Part shown: one piece after another, positions 15,963 to 28,600 of the stretch
Numbering within the stretch: position 1 is the stretch's first letter
Layout: every line of letters starts with the position of its first letter
NCBI GenBank assembly: GCA_051362555.1
Contig: CM120641.1
Coordinates: 22,320,001-22,384,000 of the forward strand
Origin: Lingula anatina
Lineage: Eukaryota; Animalia; Brachiopoda
Direction: 5' to 3'
Length of the DNA: 64,000 nt
Notes under the pieces: model-generated
Databases searched by the model: none
The model's input: only the letters and a program-made list of their open reading frames with translations
What the model was told of the DNA's origin: nothing
Position numbers and translations under genes: made by a program

Positions 15963-16364
15963 TGTAAACAAGACAGCACTATTCTGAAATGGGTTTATTT
16001 CCATTTTTAACACTTTTTTAACATAAAACAAAATTAACAGTTTACTGCCATTTTTATATGATCAACTAAGAAAATTGATGAGATGTGAAAAATATCAATA
16101 GAACAGTGTCAAAAGTCCAATTTCCTCCATTCTGAGTTTCTGAACATAGTGAATGATTGAATCTTACAAACTGCAATGATATGAGTTTATTTCCATTTTT
16201 GAAACTTTATTACACAATACACAATAACAAGTTTACCATCATTTTTACAAAATCAACTAACAATGTTGTAAAGATGCAGGAAATGTCAAACAAACACTTT
16301 TACAAATCTTATTAGTTAAATAATGAGACTGTTAACATGCCTAAGAATTGAATCTGAGGAAATG

Positions 16365-16760
16365 TTTAAAAACAGCATAACTTATAAAATAATGGCCTGA
16401 TTATGCTGATTTTCGAACTTGACCTGCATTTTAGTAAGATTAATTACTCCTGTGAGTTTCATGACAACAGGTCTATCGGTTTTCCTTGAAATGTGTTAAC
16501 AGTGTTGCACATATGCTGAAAAGTGAAAAAAACAGCATAACTACTAAAATAGTGGCCCGATCATGCCGATTTTCGAACTTGATCTGCGTTTTAGAAAGAT
16601 TAATTACTCCTGTGAGTTTCATGACAACAGGCCTATCGGTTTTCCTTGAAATGTGTTAACAGTGTTGCATATATGCTAAAAAGTGAAAACACAGCATAAA
16701 TACTACAATAATTGCCCAAACATGCTGATTTTCGAACTTGACCTGCGTTTTATGAATATT
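16365..16760. repeat. Internal tandem repeat, ~160 bp unit, ~2.4 copies
   Basis: ACAGCATAA anchor at ~16372, 16532 and 16691; GATTTTCGAACTTGA(C/T)CTGC occurs three times. Confidence 0.9.
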
Positions 16761-18996
16761 CATCAGCTCTGTAAATATAAAGCCAAAAAGTAAAACTGTC
16801 TTCCACTTATCGTGTTAACGATGAAAGTGCACGGCGACGGCGACGGCGACGGCGACAGGGACGGCGACGGCGACGACAGACGCAGGTGATGGCAATATGT
16901 ACAGACACATCTGTGTCTGTACATAAAAAGCCGAAGTAAACCATTCCCCCTTTCAATAAAGGTCTTAAACTTAAAATGCCTCCTTTCAGTCGCTCAGTAA
17001 GATATCAATTTTGTAAGGAATCTCGTACAACTATATTTAATTACGTTTAGTCACAAGCGTCAATAAGTTATAACACCGAACAGGAAAATCTTCAGCACCT
17101 ATGAAAGCCAAAACTTTTAATCTTAAAATAAAGGAATACAAACATTTCCAATGTAGTAATTTCTTTTCGGTTAAAACACAGATTGGACCAATCCTGGTTC
17201 AAACCAAGGATAGTCCTGTATGCTGGGTGTGAATACAACCTGGATCCACCCTGCGAACAGGTTTACGAACCGGCTTTAGCCCAAAAACTGCTCTTAGCTC
17301 TTACTAAAATTGTAGTCTACTTTGACCCAATATAAAATCAGTAGTAGCCCAGCTAAACGAAATATTCATGAAAATAGCACCCTTTTTATGACAGGGAAGT
17401 TTATGACTAATGTTTCAGACCGATACTTCATTCAAATGGACTACTATGGAAACATCTTGTACTAGAGTAGACCAAATGATTGATCTAAAAGTCGAGATAA
17501 GAGCCATTTTAGGGCGTTGGCACTTTTGTCAAACTTGCCCCTGGTTCAAACCAAGGATTGCCCAACATTCGACGAATAACACAGACATGTTATTCACTCG
17601 TGTTTATTTCAAAGGACAGAGGTTTACGCTATGACACAGAACTTCAATTAAAAACTGTCACTAATGAATATCATATCAGCACACTAGAGCAATATGTGCG
17701 GTCAGATGCAACAAATCGACCCCTTAAATGAATCAATAATTCAACACACAATTTTTACACGATGCAGCATTATCTTCGTACAAGGCACTCATGTACACTT
17801 CAGCCTTATGTACTTTGTTTTACTGCAAATGGCAAAATTCAATAACAGAAATGCCAAAGTTATTAATTCCAATATTCCTCACTAAATACAAGTCAAATGA
17901 CATCTTTCTGAATAACCGTATTAACCAAAGTACAAGCTGTTGTTATAAGGGTGGAGTTGTTAATGTTTCAAAATTACTGTCTATCGAGGTATATTCACAA
18001 TCCATAAAAATGATATATTAATATATTAATAACCTTAAGGGTACTGGTATTCACTCTTGCTGCCCCTATCAGATGGCCCTAGCCATCCCTTTCTCTTTCT
18101 CTGCTCTGATTAATGTCAAACTACTATTAAAGACAAAGGTGCAATGAAACAGGGAATTAGGTCAGCATAACCCTGCTAAACACATGGTTTCCTTGTGGGC
18201 ATGTCCATATATGTTAAACTTTAATTTTCCAGACTCCAGAACCTGTGAAGGTGACAGCTAAGGTCTGACAGAAAGCTAATCATGTTACAGTACCCTACTG
18301 TTAAAGTATTTCATTTACAAATACAGAATTTCATGAAATCTATGCTAACCAAAGCTGCCTCATAGATTATATTTGGACTTGAATTAGAACAAAGCAAATG
18401 GGTGTCTCAGACAAACTCTTAACTAAAGATGTAACCCGTAATCACTACCTGCTTCACTCCGTGCATACAACAAACTAGAAGTGTTTCCATCGAGGTCAAC
18501 TTACAACAACAACAAAAAAACTTATGCCATCCAAAAAATATTTAACCCAAGTAAATGAAATGAAACAAGTGGCAAAATACTTTAGAAATGGGCCACAACT
18601 CCATTTTTTTTCTGTTAGGGGTGTATGGCAGCAAAAGATTGTTGAATGGTACCGTTCTAGATTCAGTCTCACATAAAAGTATGCTCCACCTGTTACCTCC
18701 AAAATTCACCCCTCCCATTTTCTGTCCATCACTGCCACACCCTTAAATCACCAGCATTCATTATCAATATACTTCATTACTATTTACATATATTATTAAA
18801 ATCTCAAAGTAAAAATATGCTGACAATCTTCTAGTCTACCACTTATTAATGAAGCACCGCGCTGGCAGGATCTCCATATAAAATCCTCAAGGACAATCAG
18901 TGTGAAAATGCCCTGATTTTGGACACTGACCTCAGCGCTAACTGTTCTTTGCAAAGGCAGGTGTAGCTAGGCCACAAAGGATCAGGTCTTCACAAT

Positions 18997-19002
18997 TTTA
19001 TT
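18997..19002 (-). promoter_or_regulatory. Candidate polyadenylation signal (AATAAA) for gene A
   Basis: TTTATT on the + strand ~1.3 kb downstream of the gene A stop; the motif is common in AT-rich DNA. Confidence 0.3.
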
Positions 19003-19704
19003 ATAAAATATGACATATGCACTAAAACAAAATAAATTTAAAGTCATGCACTTCTGATTTCTCCTGACTTCATTAATATAGATACGTTAAATTTACATAA
19101 GTTTCACTTTTTCATTTGATAGAAAAAATCCAATAAAAATTATACAGTTAATTCTAGCAATATAAACATACTGGACTTAAGCGCAGGCATATTAACAGAA
19201 GCTACATTTGTACCACAAAATATAGAGTACACCACTGATAAAACATCTAATTTGACCCCTTTGATAACATCTGATGTAATGTATGGCTATTAGCCAAGGA
19301 ACCTTCACTTCAAGCAAAGTAATTAGTGATGCAAAAATATGCTAAATATACATATGTACAAAATCTACACCAGTTCCAGTAAAAACCCTGTGTCTGAACA
19401 TTCAGTACAAAGTAGAGCAGAGCTCCCAGCCTCTGTGATAGAGAATGCCTGGCTGCACAGCACAGCATGGACGTTTTACATTTTTCTCTGTTTCTGTCTT
19501 TGAAGATAAAACACTCTTTAAAAACATCATGAATCTTGTTGACATATGCAACAATTCAAAATACAAAATCTCATACATCTTCCACTCACTACTGCAGTTC
19601 ATGTGCCCAACACAGCACTCTTTATGAAGTGGTTTCACAAAAAGGCAACCACCTTCATGTATGCAGCCTGTTACTTGCTGCTTTTCTATATCTTCCTTTC
19701 AGTT

Positions 19705-19835
19705 ATAGAGGTCTCTCCCATCAGTGACCGTGGTCTCTACAATCAGTAATAGAGGTCTCTCTAGTCAGTTTAAGTGATTTCTCTAGTCAGTTATCATGGT
19801 TTCTCCAAACAGTGATAGAGGTCTCTCCAGTCAAT
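19705..19835. repeat. Degenerate ~21-22 bp minisatellite (~6 copies) in the putative gene A 3' UTR
   Basis: Recurrent GAGGTCTCTC(C/T)AGTCAGT-like unit. Confidence 0.7.
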
Positions 19836-20297
19836 AAGAAGTATTCCCCATTTTCCACAGTAACTGCTGGAGAGGAACAGCACAGAGCTGGGCAGGCTGC
19901 CTGTTGGGCCAGAATACTGTGCTGATGTTCAATGGCAGGATGATGGCTTCAATCTCGTGTCTAGGTATCCATATCACAATAGCCAGAGTGCCACGTCCAG
20001 ACACCCCTTCAGTCATCTCAAGCCATGAACACAATGATCTGTGGATTTGCAATAAAAAAGTACCACCAGTCTAAAGATGTGGTTCAAAGTAACAATATGT
20101 ACATTTCCCCATGTTGCTATGATTACACAATGTACAATTTCAAACTCTAGATACATGATTTTCCTAAAACCAAGATCCCATTTTTGCAATTTGAAATCTC
20201 CAATCTACAGTGTTAAGATGCCTTCACGAGGGAGGCAGCACATCCAGCTGCTCTCAGAGCCCGGCTACTGTTAGCTGTGCAGAGTGGCACACCAGGA

Positions 20298-20455
20298 CTA
20301 TGTGATGTACATTTCAGCCAGGAGGGCAGGGATAGGGAGATCAGCCATGGTCTTCACCATAGACATGCGTTGTACATGAAGTAATCCTGCCTGGTGGAGG
20401 TCTTGCAGGATCTGGATAATGCTAAAGTAGCGAGGACTGTTTGGTCCATATTTGT
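20298..20455 (-). CDS. Gene A exon 9 (LBD H10-H12, AF-2, stop)
   Basis: ttcag acceptor; (N)KYGPNSPRYFSIIQILQDLHQAGLLHVQRMSMVKTMADLPIPALLAEMYIT*. Confidence 0.9.
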
Positions 20456-22642
20456 CTGAAAACAGAAAAGAATATAAAATAGCACACTTAACCAAGCCTT
20501 ATACTAAGTATCCAATTTTTTTTAAATGACTAAATGGCAAAAAAAAATTAAATAAATAAGTATTAAAAAAAAAAAAAAAACACTGATCTAGGAATCCTAC
20601 CAGCACTCATTGCACAGAATACTTTAGGCATGTATCTCTAGACTGCACCTGACATATAGAATGGGACTGAAATAGCAATTATCCGAGTCAAGCATGCACA
20701 AGCCTGGCATATTGGAACATGGCCCTAATGATTTGCCAGGGGAATTTATAATTCCTCACCTATCTTAGTTTAAAACTGACAAATAAGATTAGATCTAAGT
20801 GCTCAATTCCCCAAACTGGGGGCTCTGTGAGGAATGGGACACCACATAAGTATTACAACGATGTTCAAAATGAAGACATTTATAAAATAACCAAATCATA
20901 TCAAAAGCATTGACTGACCCAGTTAAAAATAAACTGCACCAAATAATCTAGGGTTGACTTACTTGTCATGTATGCCTTGAAGGCATTGCTGACCTTGGCA
21001 GACAACTGATCAATTTTCCCTGGTTCCTTCAGCTCTAGGTCAGCTGCAACAAAAGAATACAATGGGCTACACTAAGCATACAGTCAATCAATCATTAGAT
21101 TACCATACTACATTATATTTGTTTTTTTTTTGGGCATGAGACCTCGAGTTACATTGAGGCAAATGACTACAAAAACACTTATAAAAACAATCATCCTACG
21201 TAGATAAGTATGCAAATATACTTATTGATTAAGAGTGCCACTGTTAAAATCAAAGAGTCTAATTCATTGTCTAAGATAAATGGTGGGGAAAGAGAAAGCA
21301 TAATTACATGTCTGGAGCAGTATAAGTGCACACAGCATCGGGTACTCTATGTCATCCATATCCATGGACTTCAGCCTCTCTCCAAAGCTGACCATGTGTT
21401 CCTGGACGTGAGCAAACGGCTGGGAGAACGCCTCCAAGATGCGCTTCTGCATGGGCACACTCAGGTTGTAGAAGTTGGGGGCTTTGGTCTGAAGGTCAAA
21501 CATCTGTGACATCATGGCCAGGGACATAATGTAGTTAGTGTGACGCACCAAACAAATCTGATCTTCCATAGGAATGGCACGAAAACCTGCAATAAAAGTA
21601 GTCTCATGAGAAATGCTGCAGTAATAACTTGTGAGGCTTTAATGATTTTTCAATCAGCGACAATACTGTGAAGAAAGTCAACATCACACCACTTAAGTGT
21701 ATATACGCATGTGTCAGCTTTTCAATTATTCCATTTCAATTTTGTATTGACCTAACTGGTAAGTGTCTACAACTGCAAATTAAGTACTCTGTGGTAGGCA
21801 TTATGTGGTATACATACAGTCTCCTAAGAAACGGGAAGATAACTTCCAATCCCATTATTACCTGGAATCTTTTTGCCGAACTTAATAAGACAATGGACAT
21901 TCTTGAAGATCTCTGCAGTCGTCAGCTTCCACACCCCCTCTTTGTCTAAGGAATATGGATCCTCTGGTTCCTGGGCATCAGGGGCCTGAAAACAAGGAAT
22001 GAAGACAGATGGAATAAAACCATAATAAGACTATTACATCTAATGATTCTCATGTAACTTGTCACAGATTGGTAAATTTAAGGCAAGGGAAGACTTCCGG
22101 ACTAAACAGCTATACTAAAAAGCAAGAAAGAATCCCAACAGGCTAAATGAATTTTAGCTTCTTGATATCTTACCAAGTCTGTGGTTAACAACACAAAACA
22201 GAAACAGTTCACTTTTAAGACATTTTTTTCTGTACAAACAATAAGTACTGCATTTCCTGACCTCTAGAATATGTTTCAAGTGACAAATGATTTAAACAGC
22301 AACAACAAACATACCTTTTGTTTGATAGGTAATAGATGTTTATAAGCCTCGCAGATGTCAGCAGTAAAGCTGGCCATCTCATCAGTGTAGATGCCATCAT
22401 TTTCATCCTTGGGTGAGAAGCTGGAGGAGTATGCACAAGTATAGAAATCTGGCGGCTCTTGCTTCACTGTAACTTGTGGCGCCATCTGGTTGGCAGTGGG
22501 TGTCATTTGCTTCCCAACAGCTATGGCAGATGATTTACAAGGTACTGCAGAGTCACTGACACTTCTCTTAGTGCCTCCAGCACTAGGCACATATGAGGGA
22601 TAAGGCTGTTTCTGCTGCTGCTGATGTTGCTGATGTTGTTGT

Positions 22643-22674
<32 letters not shown>

Positions 22675-25600
22675 CCTTTGAGGCTGTTGAAGCTGATGCT
22701 GTGGCTGTGGGAGCTGCTGGCGTTCCTGTGACAGATGCTGTTGCTGCTGTGGCATTTGGTTATTGTATTGATAGCTGTTACTGGGCAGCACACCTGACCT
22801 ACGCAGTGGTGCCTCGCTGGCTGACACAGTACGCCTCCCAGTCACTGCTGATGGTGTAGTGGTGTTATAGGTCAGGTCAGAGGGTGTTGAAGTGAATGAC
22901 GAATATGAAGGCAGCTGGGGTGGGAGGGGATAGTCCAGGTAAGGGGGTAGGTCAGGGAAGTCCAGCTCGGACAAGTCAGGCTGTGACACATATTTTGGCT
23001 CCGCTTTAAGGCGCATGATGTCCTGTATGATATTATTGGCTGGCATGGAGGACAGATCTGGGTCAGAGGAGGCAGAAGTGAGGCTGGTGGTGGTGGTCTC
23101 CTCACTGGTCACAGGTTCCTTCTTCACTTTGTCCTGTTCCTGCTGGATCTGAAGGATCTTGTGTTTGATGTAGTTGGGCTGACGGCCAATTCTGCTGCCT
23201 GGAATACAGCAGAATATCAGTTAGACAATAACAAAAGCAATATCGTACAGTGCAGTATTAACTTGAAATGGAAGAAACCTATTAAGTCTAAGACTGCGTG
23301 AGATGCAGCAAAATTGGCAATTCCCATGTCTTACATAAAACACATCACAAGGGGTGGAAAGATTAGTATTAATATGCATTTCCTGTAATATGCCAAGAGT
23401 GCAATAATGAGACGGTTCATATTGCTAGACATTTATATCTTAGATCATACGTCACATAAGAGTGTTGGGGATGGAAAGGTTTTGAAAATACACCAAGGAA
23501 TCTAAAGCTCACTATCACATTTTCCTATCACATTCATTCAACCAGTGCAACTTATCAGCACACAGCTCCACTGACCACAAATGATGCTCTTATATCAAAT
23601 CTGCTTTGATTTTTGTTGTTTTGTCAGTGGGGAATAAAATAAATGTACTAAATGCAGGGCTTCTTTAATATGTATTCTTTAAAACATACTTCATGAATTG
23701 TGGAATAAACTTTTGATATAAAAAGAAATCTACTGTAGCTTGCACTCATGCACAAGTCACAGAAGTTCACAGAATCTAATTCAATATAATTCACAATGTT
23801 CCTGCTGTCGTCCAGTCTTGACCACAGTGGTCCGTTCTGGACAGCCACATGGCTGCAGGGCTGCAAATGTCCCACTAAGCCCTACTCACCCTCCTCTCGT
23901 TTTATCTAAGTCTATACAAACTAATAACTTTAAATATACAAAACACAACGGGTAATGCACTCCACGAGTGTACAAGATGTATAAGAAACAGGGTTTGTAT
24001 TTTTTTCTAGGTTGAATTATCCCAATGTAATTTTACTCTCCATAACTGTATTTCCTCTTTGCCTGCCCAGCCATGCTTTATTTATGGGGCCCTCTATCAA
24101 ATAGGTAACAATACGGCTAAAGGAAAGATGATCACAACACATACAGACAATCAAAGTTTGCCAGTTCATTAGGATCTCATCTATGTTAAAAGCATATAGC
24201 TGTTTCTGGATTAAGCTTGATCACTAAACTTGATCACTAAATACCAATTCTCCATGAGGCGATGACTGTGCTGCAGAGTGCATACCTGGTACACCCCTGA
24301 AAAAAACCCTAGAGACCCCCCCCTTCCCCTTTTACTCCAAATATACCAACCTGCACCAGATTTATTGTACTTTACACCTTGTTAAGTATAGATATTTATC
24401 CTGGTACAATGGCCAGCAAGGAGTATAAAGATCTTATAAATCCATCATTCCATATGGGAATGCACTTTCTCTTTAGGCTGCTTGCTAATATTGATGAGAA
24501 AGTATGCATGAACCTGTGCTGGCATGAGGCCAACATACAGAATTCTACTTAAACTGGCATTTGATTTGATTCAGCACTTCCTGGTGTACTGAGCTAGACT
24601 AAAACCAAGTTAATTTTTCAGCACCAAAATAATTAATAAAAATTGACAAATAAAACCTGAAAATGCGTCATCAAAAACAGTTGCAGAGAGAACACACTTC
24701 CAAATTCTCATCAAGTGAACAAACCCAAATAGCTTTAAGGCACACATTCACCAAAAAAAAAAGAATAAAAATTATCTAGCCCCACTTGCTATAAATCTGC
24801 CTGCTCTGCATAAATGGTATGTACCAAGGCATTTTGTGGTAAATTCTGTATTTTACAGTGAAGAAAATTTTCACTTTTTCCGGTGCATTTGTACATGTTT
24901 GTTCCATTTGTCCAGATAATAGGTTTCACACCTTTAACAAATAATATCCTCTAATCAAATTTCTCAGCAAGCAGCCCAGATCAGCCTCTGGAGGTATTCC
25001 GAGCTGTTTACGTCAAAATATAAAGCTCATAATCTGCATGTTTGTTGCAAAAGAAGTACATAATGATAGAAAAGAGTTCCAAAGCATCACAAAAGTAGTA
25101 GGAGATTTCCTGGCAAAGGCTGGAAATAGGGATTTACAGCCATTTTTAAACACCGATTCTCTGCTGATTTCTGATTAAAACAAGTCAAATATCACTCCTA
25201 CAGGGTGATTAAACCTTCAGGAGTTCACAAGTAGCATAAAACAAACCTTCCATCTCTGTATAAATCAACATTAGAGCAGATTTGGACAATTTGGTTAATC
25301 ATTCTTGGTAAAATATTCTTAACGCCATTAAAAGAAATGGTTCTTTTTTTTTTTTTTTTAACACAGAGAACATGTTAATGGTACCTGTGCCTGAGCTGCT
25401 CGCGTAGCTGGCTTGGACTGTATTAGCCCTGGATTAATCTGTTTTTATTCCTGTGACTATTGTCACCTGTATCATTATTTCCAACAACATACAATTTCTA
25501 TTGTTACAAACCTTCAAGAAAACAGGCTCCACACTGTGCAAAATGCACTGTAAAAATATCATGTGGAGAAACCCATGATATCAAATTTTCTCCATTTATG

Positions 25601-28600
25601 CCAAATCTCAGGAGTGCTTCTAGGAAATGATGATGCAATCTAGTGCCAGCCTGTAACTTCACACTACCTTCAAGCTGTATTTATAGTTATTTATTCATCA
25701 ATAACTCCTTATTATACAACATAGGGGTTCTTTCAAAAGCAGATAATTACACAACAGTAAGTTGTTTGTCTCACATTTCACTTTAACAAAGTTCCACGTA
25801 GTTCTTGCTTCTCAATTTTGCCCTCTCTCTCTCATTTATTAAAAAAAATCCTTATACATTTAGCACTGCAAGGCAAGCAAACAACCAAGAAAAAAAAAGC
25901 TTGAGTACTTATTGACATTACCAGACTGCTAGGCAAAATACAATGACACCATAATTTTAGTCCACAGGTGTCATGGCTTTATAAAGCACTCACCTTCTAA
26001 AGACATGCCAACATCTAGGCATTTCTTATAACGGCAGTAGCGGCATGTGTTCCTAGTAGTTTCAGTGATAGGACAATTGCCACCCTGTTCACAGTAATAA
26101 TCCAATCCATTCTTTTCCTTCACACTGCGGCGGAAAAAGCCCTGCAAATTTCAAACATGTATAATAACTTGTTTATTTTTCCTAAAAACTGCCATAATAG
26201 TCAAATACTTAGTTTATAGATAAGGTGACTGGATTAAGTGCTTTTTTGAAGAAAAAAAATGTGGAGAGAAATCAACATAACATTTATTGATTTCATGTTT
26301 ACTTCTTACAGAAATTCAAAGATCTGCAGACCAAAAAGCATGGAATGGTTCTTAAGAACCCTATTTCCATGACAACCAAGGCAATGTATATCAGTTTATG
26401 TAAGCAAGCTGTTACCTTACAACCCTCACATGTCACTGCACCAAAGTGAAAGCCAGAGGCAGGGGCCTTGCACACTGAACAAGGGAACTTGGAGAAAAGC
26501 TCATGAACAGATGGTGCTTTCTGTTCCTTGGATCCTGAAATGATAAAGTTCAAGAACATGTTCAAGGCATATACACACATAAATGCATTTTTCAAAATCA
26601 ACCGGAAATGCACAAGTCCAAAAAGATGGAAAGGCATATACATGTTATTGTATTATTAATTAAATCTACAAGGAGTATCTTTTTTACAGATCTATATTAT
26701 TTTCAATATCAACTTTGCATTTGTCCATTTGATCATAATAGAAATCTGGTGAACTTATTTTAAGCATATGGTCTGGTGATGTACTGGGTCAGGTCTACAG
26801 AAGACAGTGTAACACAGAGAGTATGAGAGACACCTGGTGATGTACTGGGTCAGGTCTACAGAAGACAGTGTAACACAGAGAGTACGAGAGACACCTGGTG
26901 ATGTACTGGGTCAGGTCTACAGAAGACAGTGTGCCACAGAGAGTATGAGGCACCTGGTGATGTACTGGGTCAGGTCTACAGAAGACAGTGTAACTAACAC
27001 CCCATTTCCATAGATTAGATCGACCTACTTTAGATCGACCTAACTCCCTGGGGGTTCACGCTAAATAGCTATCATCCGGGCGGACACGAAAGTTAATTAC
27101 CCTCTTACAGCTTGTAGTAGGCGGGAGGGACATTTAATCGGATTATCTGGAAGTAATCTAGTGAGACTCCCCGCGGGGATAGATCGATCTAAAATCTATG
27201 GGAATAGAGCCAAAGAGTATGAGAGACACCTGGTGATGTACTGGCTCAGGCCTACAGAAGACGGTGTAACACAGAGAGTATGAGAGGCACCTGGTGATGT
27301 ACTGGGTCAGGTCTACAGAAGACAGTGTAACACAGAGAGTGTGAGAGGCACCTGGTGATGTACTGGGTCAGGTCTACAGAAGACAGTATAATACAGAGAG
27401 TATGAGAGGCACCTGGTGATGTGCTGGGTCGGGTCTTCAGAAGACAGTGTAATACAGAGAGTATGAGAGGCACCTGGTGATGTACTAGGTCAGGTCTACA
27501 GAAGACAGTGTAACACAGAGAGTGTGAGAGACACCTGGTGATGTACTGGGTCAGGTCTACAGAAGACAGTGTAATACAGAGAGTATGAGAGGCACCTGGT
27601 GATGTACTAGGTCGGGTCTTATGAAGACAGTGTAATACAGAGAGTATGAGAGACACCTGGTGATGTGTTGGGTCAGGTCTACAGAAGACAGTGTAATATA
27701 GAGAGTATGAGAGGCACCTGGTGATGAATTGGTTGGGGTCTTCAAAAGACAGTGTTATACAGAGATAGGGAACATGCTGACACATCACTTCTGAATCAGC
27801 AATTCAATGATTCAGGAAGTAATTCATTCACCTCGGCAATGCTCATGCTTCACAGATTTTCTATAGCTAAAATAATTAATTTTGAAAATATAAAAATTTT
27901 GCAAACATTACTTGTAGTTGATGGGGAAAAAAAGAGATGGAAATTCTTAAAATACACTTGTCTCAAATAACGAGTGTGTGCATGTGCCAAACGTGTAATT
28001 ATGTATATCTTACTTCAAAAATTCCCATGTACCTTCTCTTCACTATAAACAGTTTGATCTTAAGAAGTAGGGGAACTCTTACATTACACCTGTTGCACAT
28101 TTATTCAGCCTTTTATTTTCTTATCAAGATTAATTCAAACACACTAGACACCGTATTAGGCAGAAACCATTCTGTGTTATTTAGAAGTTCCATTTTGTTC
28201 CTTTATCATATACATTCAAACAATCTTTTACCCAAAGAAATCATAACAATGTCTGCTTCAAGCGAAACATGCACTGCTGAGTATGCCATAACATGTTAAG
28301 CCAAGCATAGAACTTGAAAAAGAGTCGTTTCAACTTCAGCTGCAGCATGCTAAAATAGATTGTGAAATACATTTCTACCTTATCAAATATTCACAATATC
28401 CATTCTATATGAATCTATTATTACACTGTTCCAACCTAGTCCCTGTGATTGCATAAAGAAATCATAATAGACATATGCTATGCTGAAGGTATGTGTATCA
28501 ATGTGACAGAAGAGTTGTGGAAATAAAAATACTTATATGGGAATACTTATGGAAAGTTATATGCGTAAAAAAAATTAACAATGCTCAGATATAAAGTAGA

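Larger units (their letters stand above)
15095..16929 (-). mobile_element. Non-autonomous Helentron/DINE-1-like (HINE) element with internal tandem arrays
   Basis: Minus-strand 5' end is a T-run, then a 14-bp-arm palindrome TATGTACAGACACA-TC-TGTGTCTGTACATA (16896..16925), then a (GACGGC)n microsatellite (~16830..16877). The far end has the subterminal repeat ATGTACAGACA (15120..15130), a short hairpin GGCAGC-AAA-GCTGTC (15103..15117) and an A/T run. This is the canonical HINE architecture. Confidence 0.8.

Noticed and set aside
17193-17560. Direct repeat CCTGGTTCAAACCAAGGAT at ~17193 and ~17540
   Set aside because: Only two short copies with no TSD or other structure; probably a decayed repeat.
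22521-23105. Alternative-frame and antisense ORFs (poly-Ser/Asn, poly-Ala/Val)
   Set aside because: Shadows of the CAG-rich hinge exon of gene A.
26772-27788. CRISPR-like look of the regular repeat, and ORFs 27252..27788 and 27557..27745
   Set aside because: Units are contiguous with no unique spacers, there are no cas genes, and the context is a eukaryotic intron; the ORFs are repeat translations.
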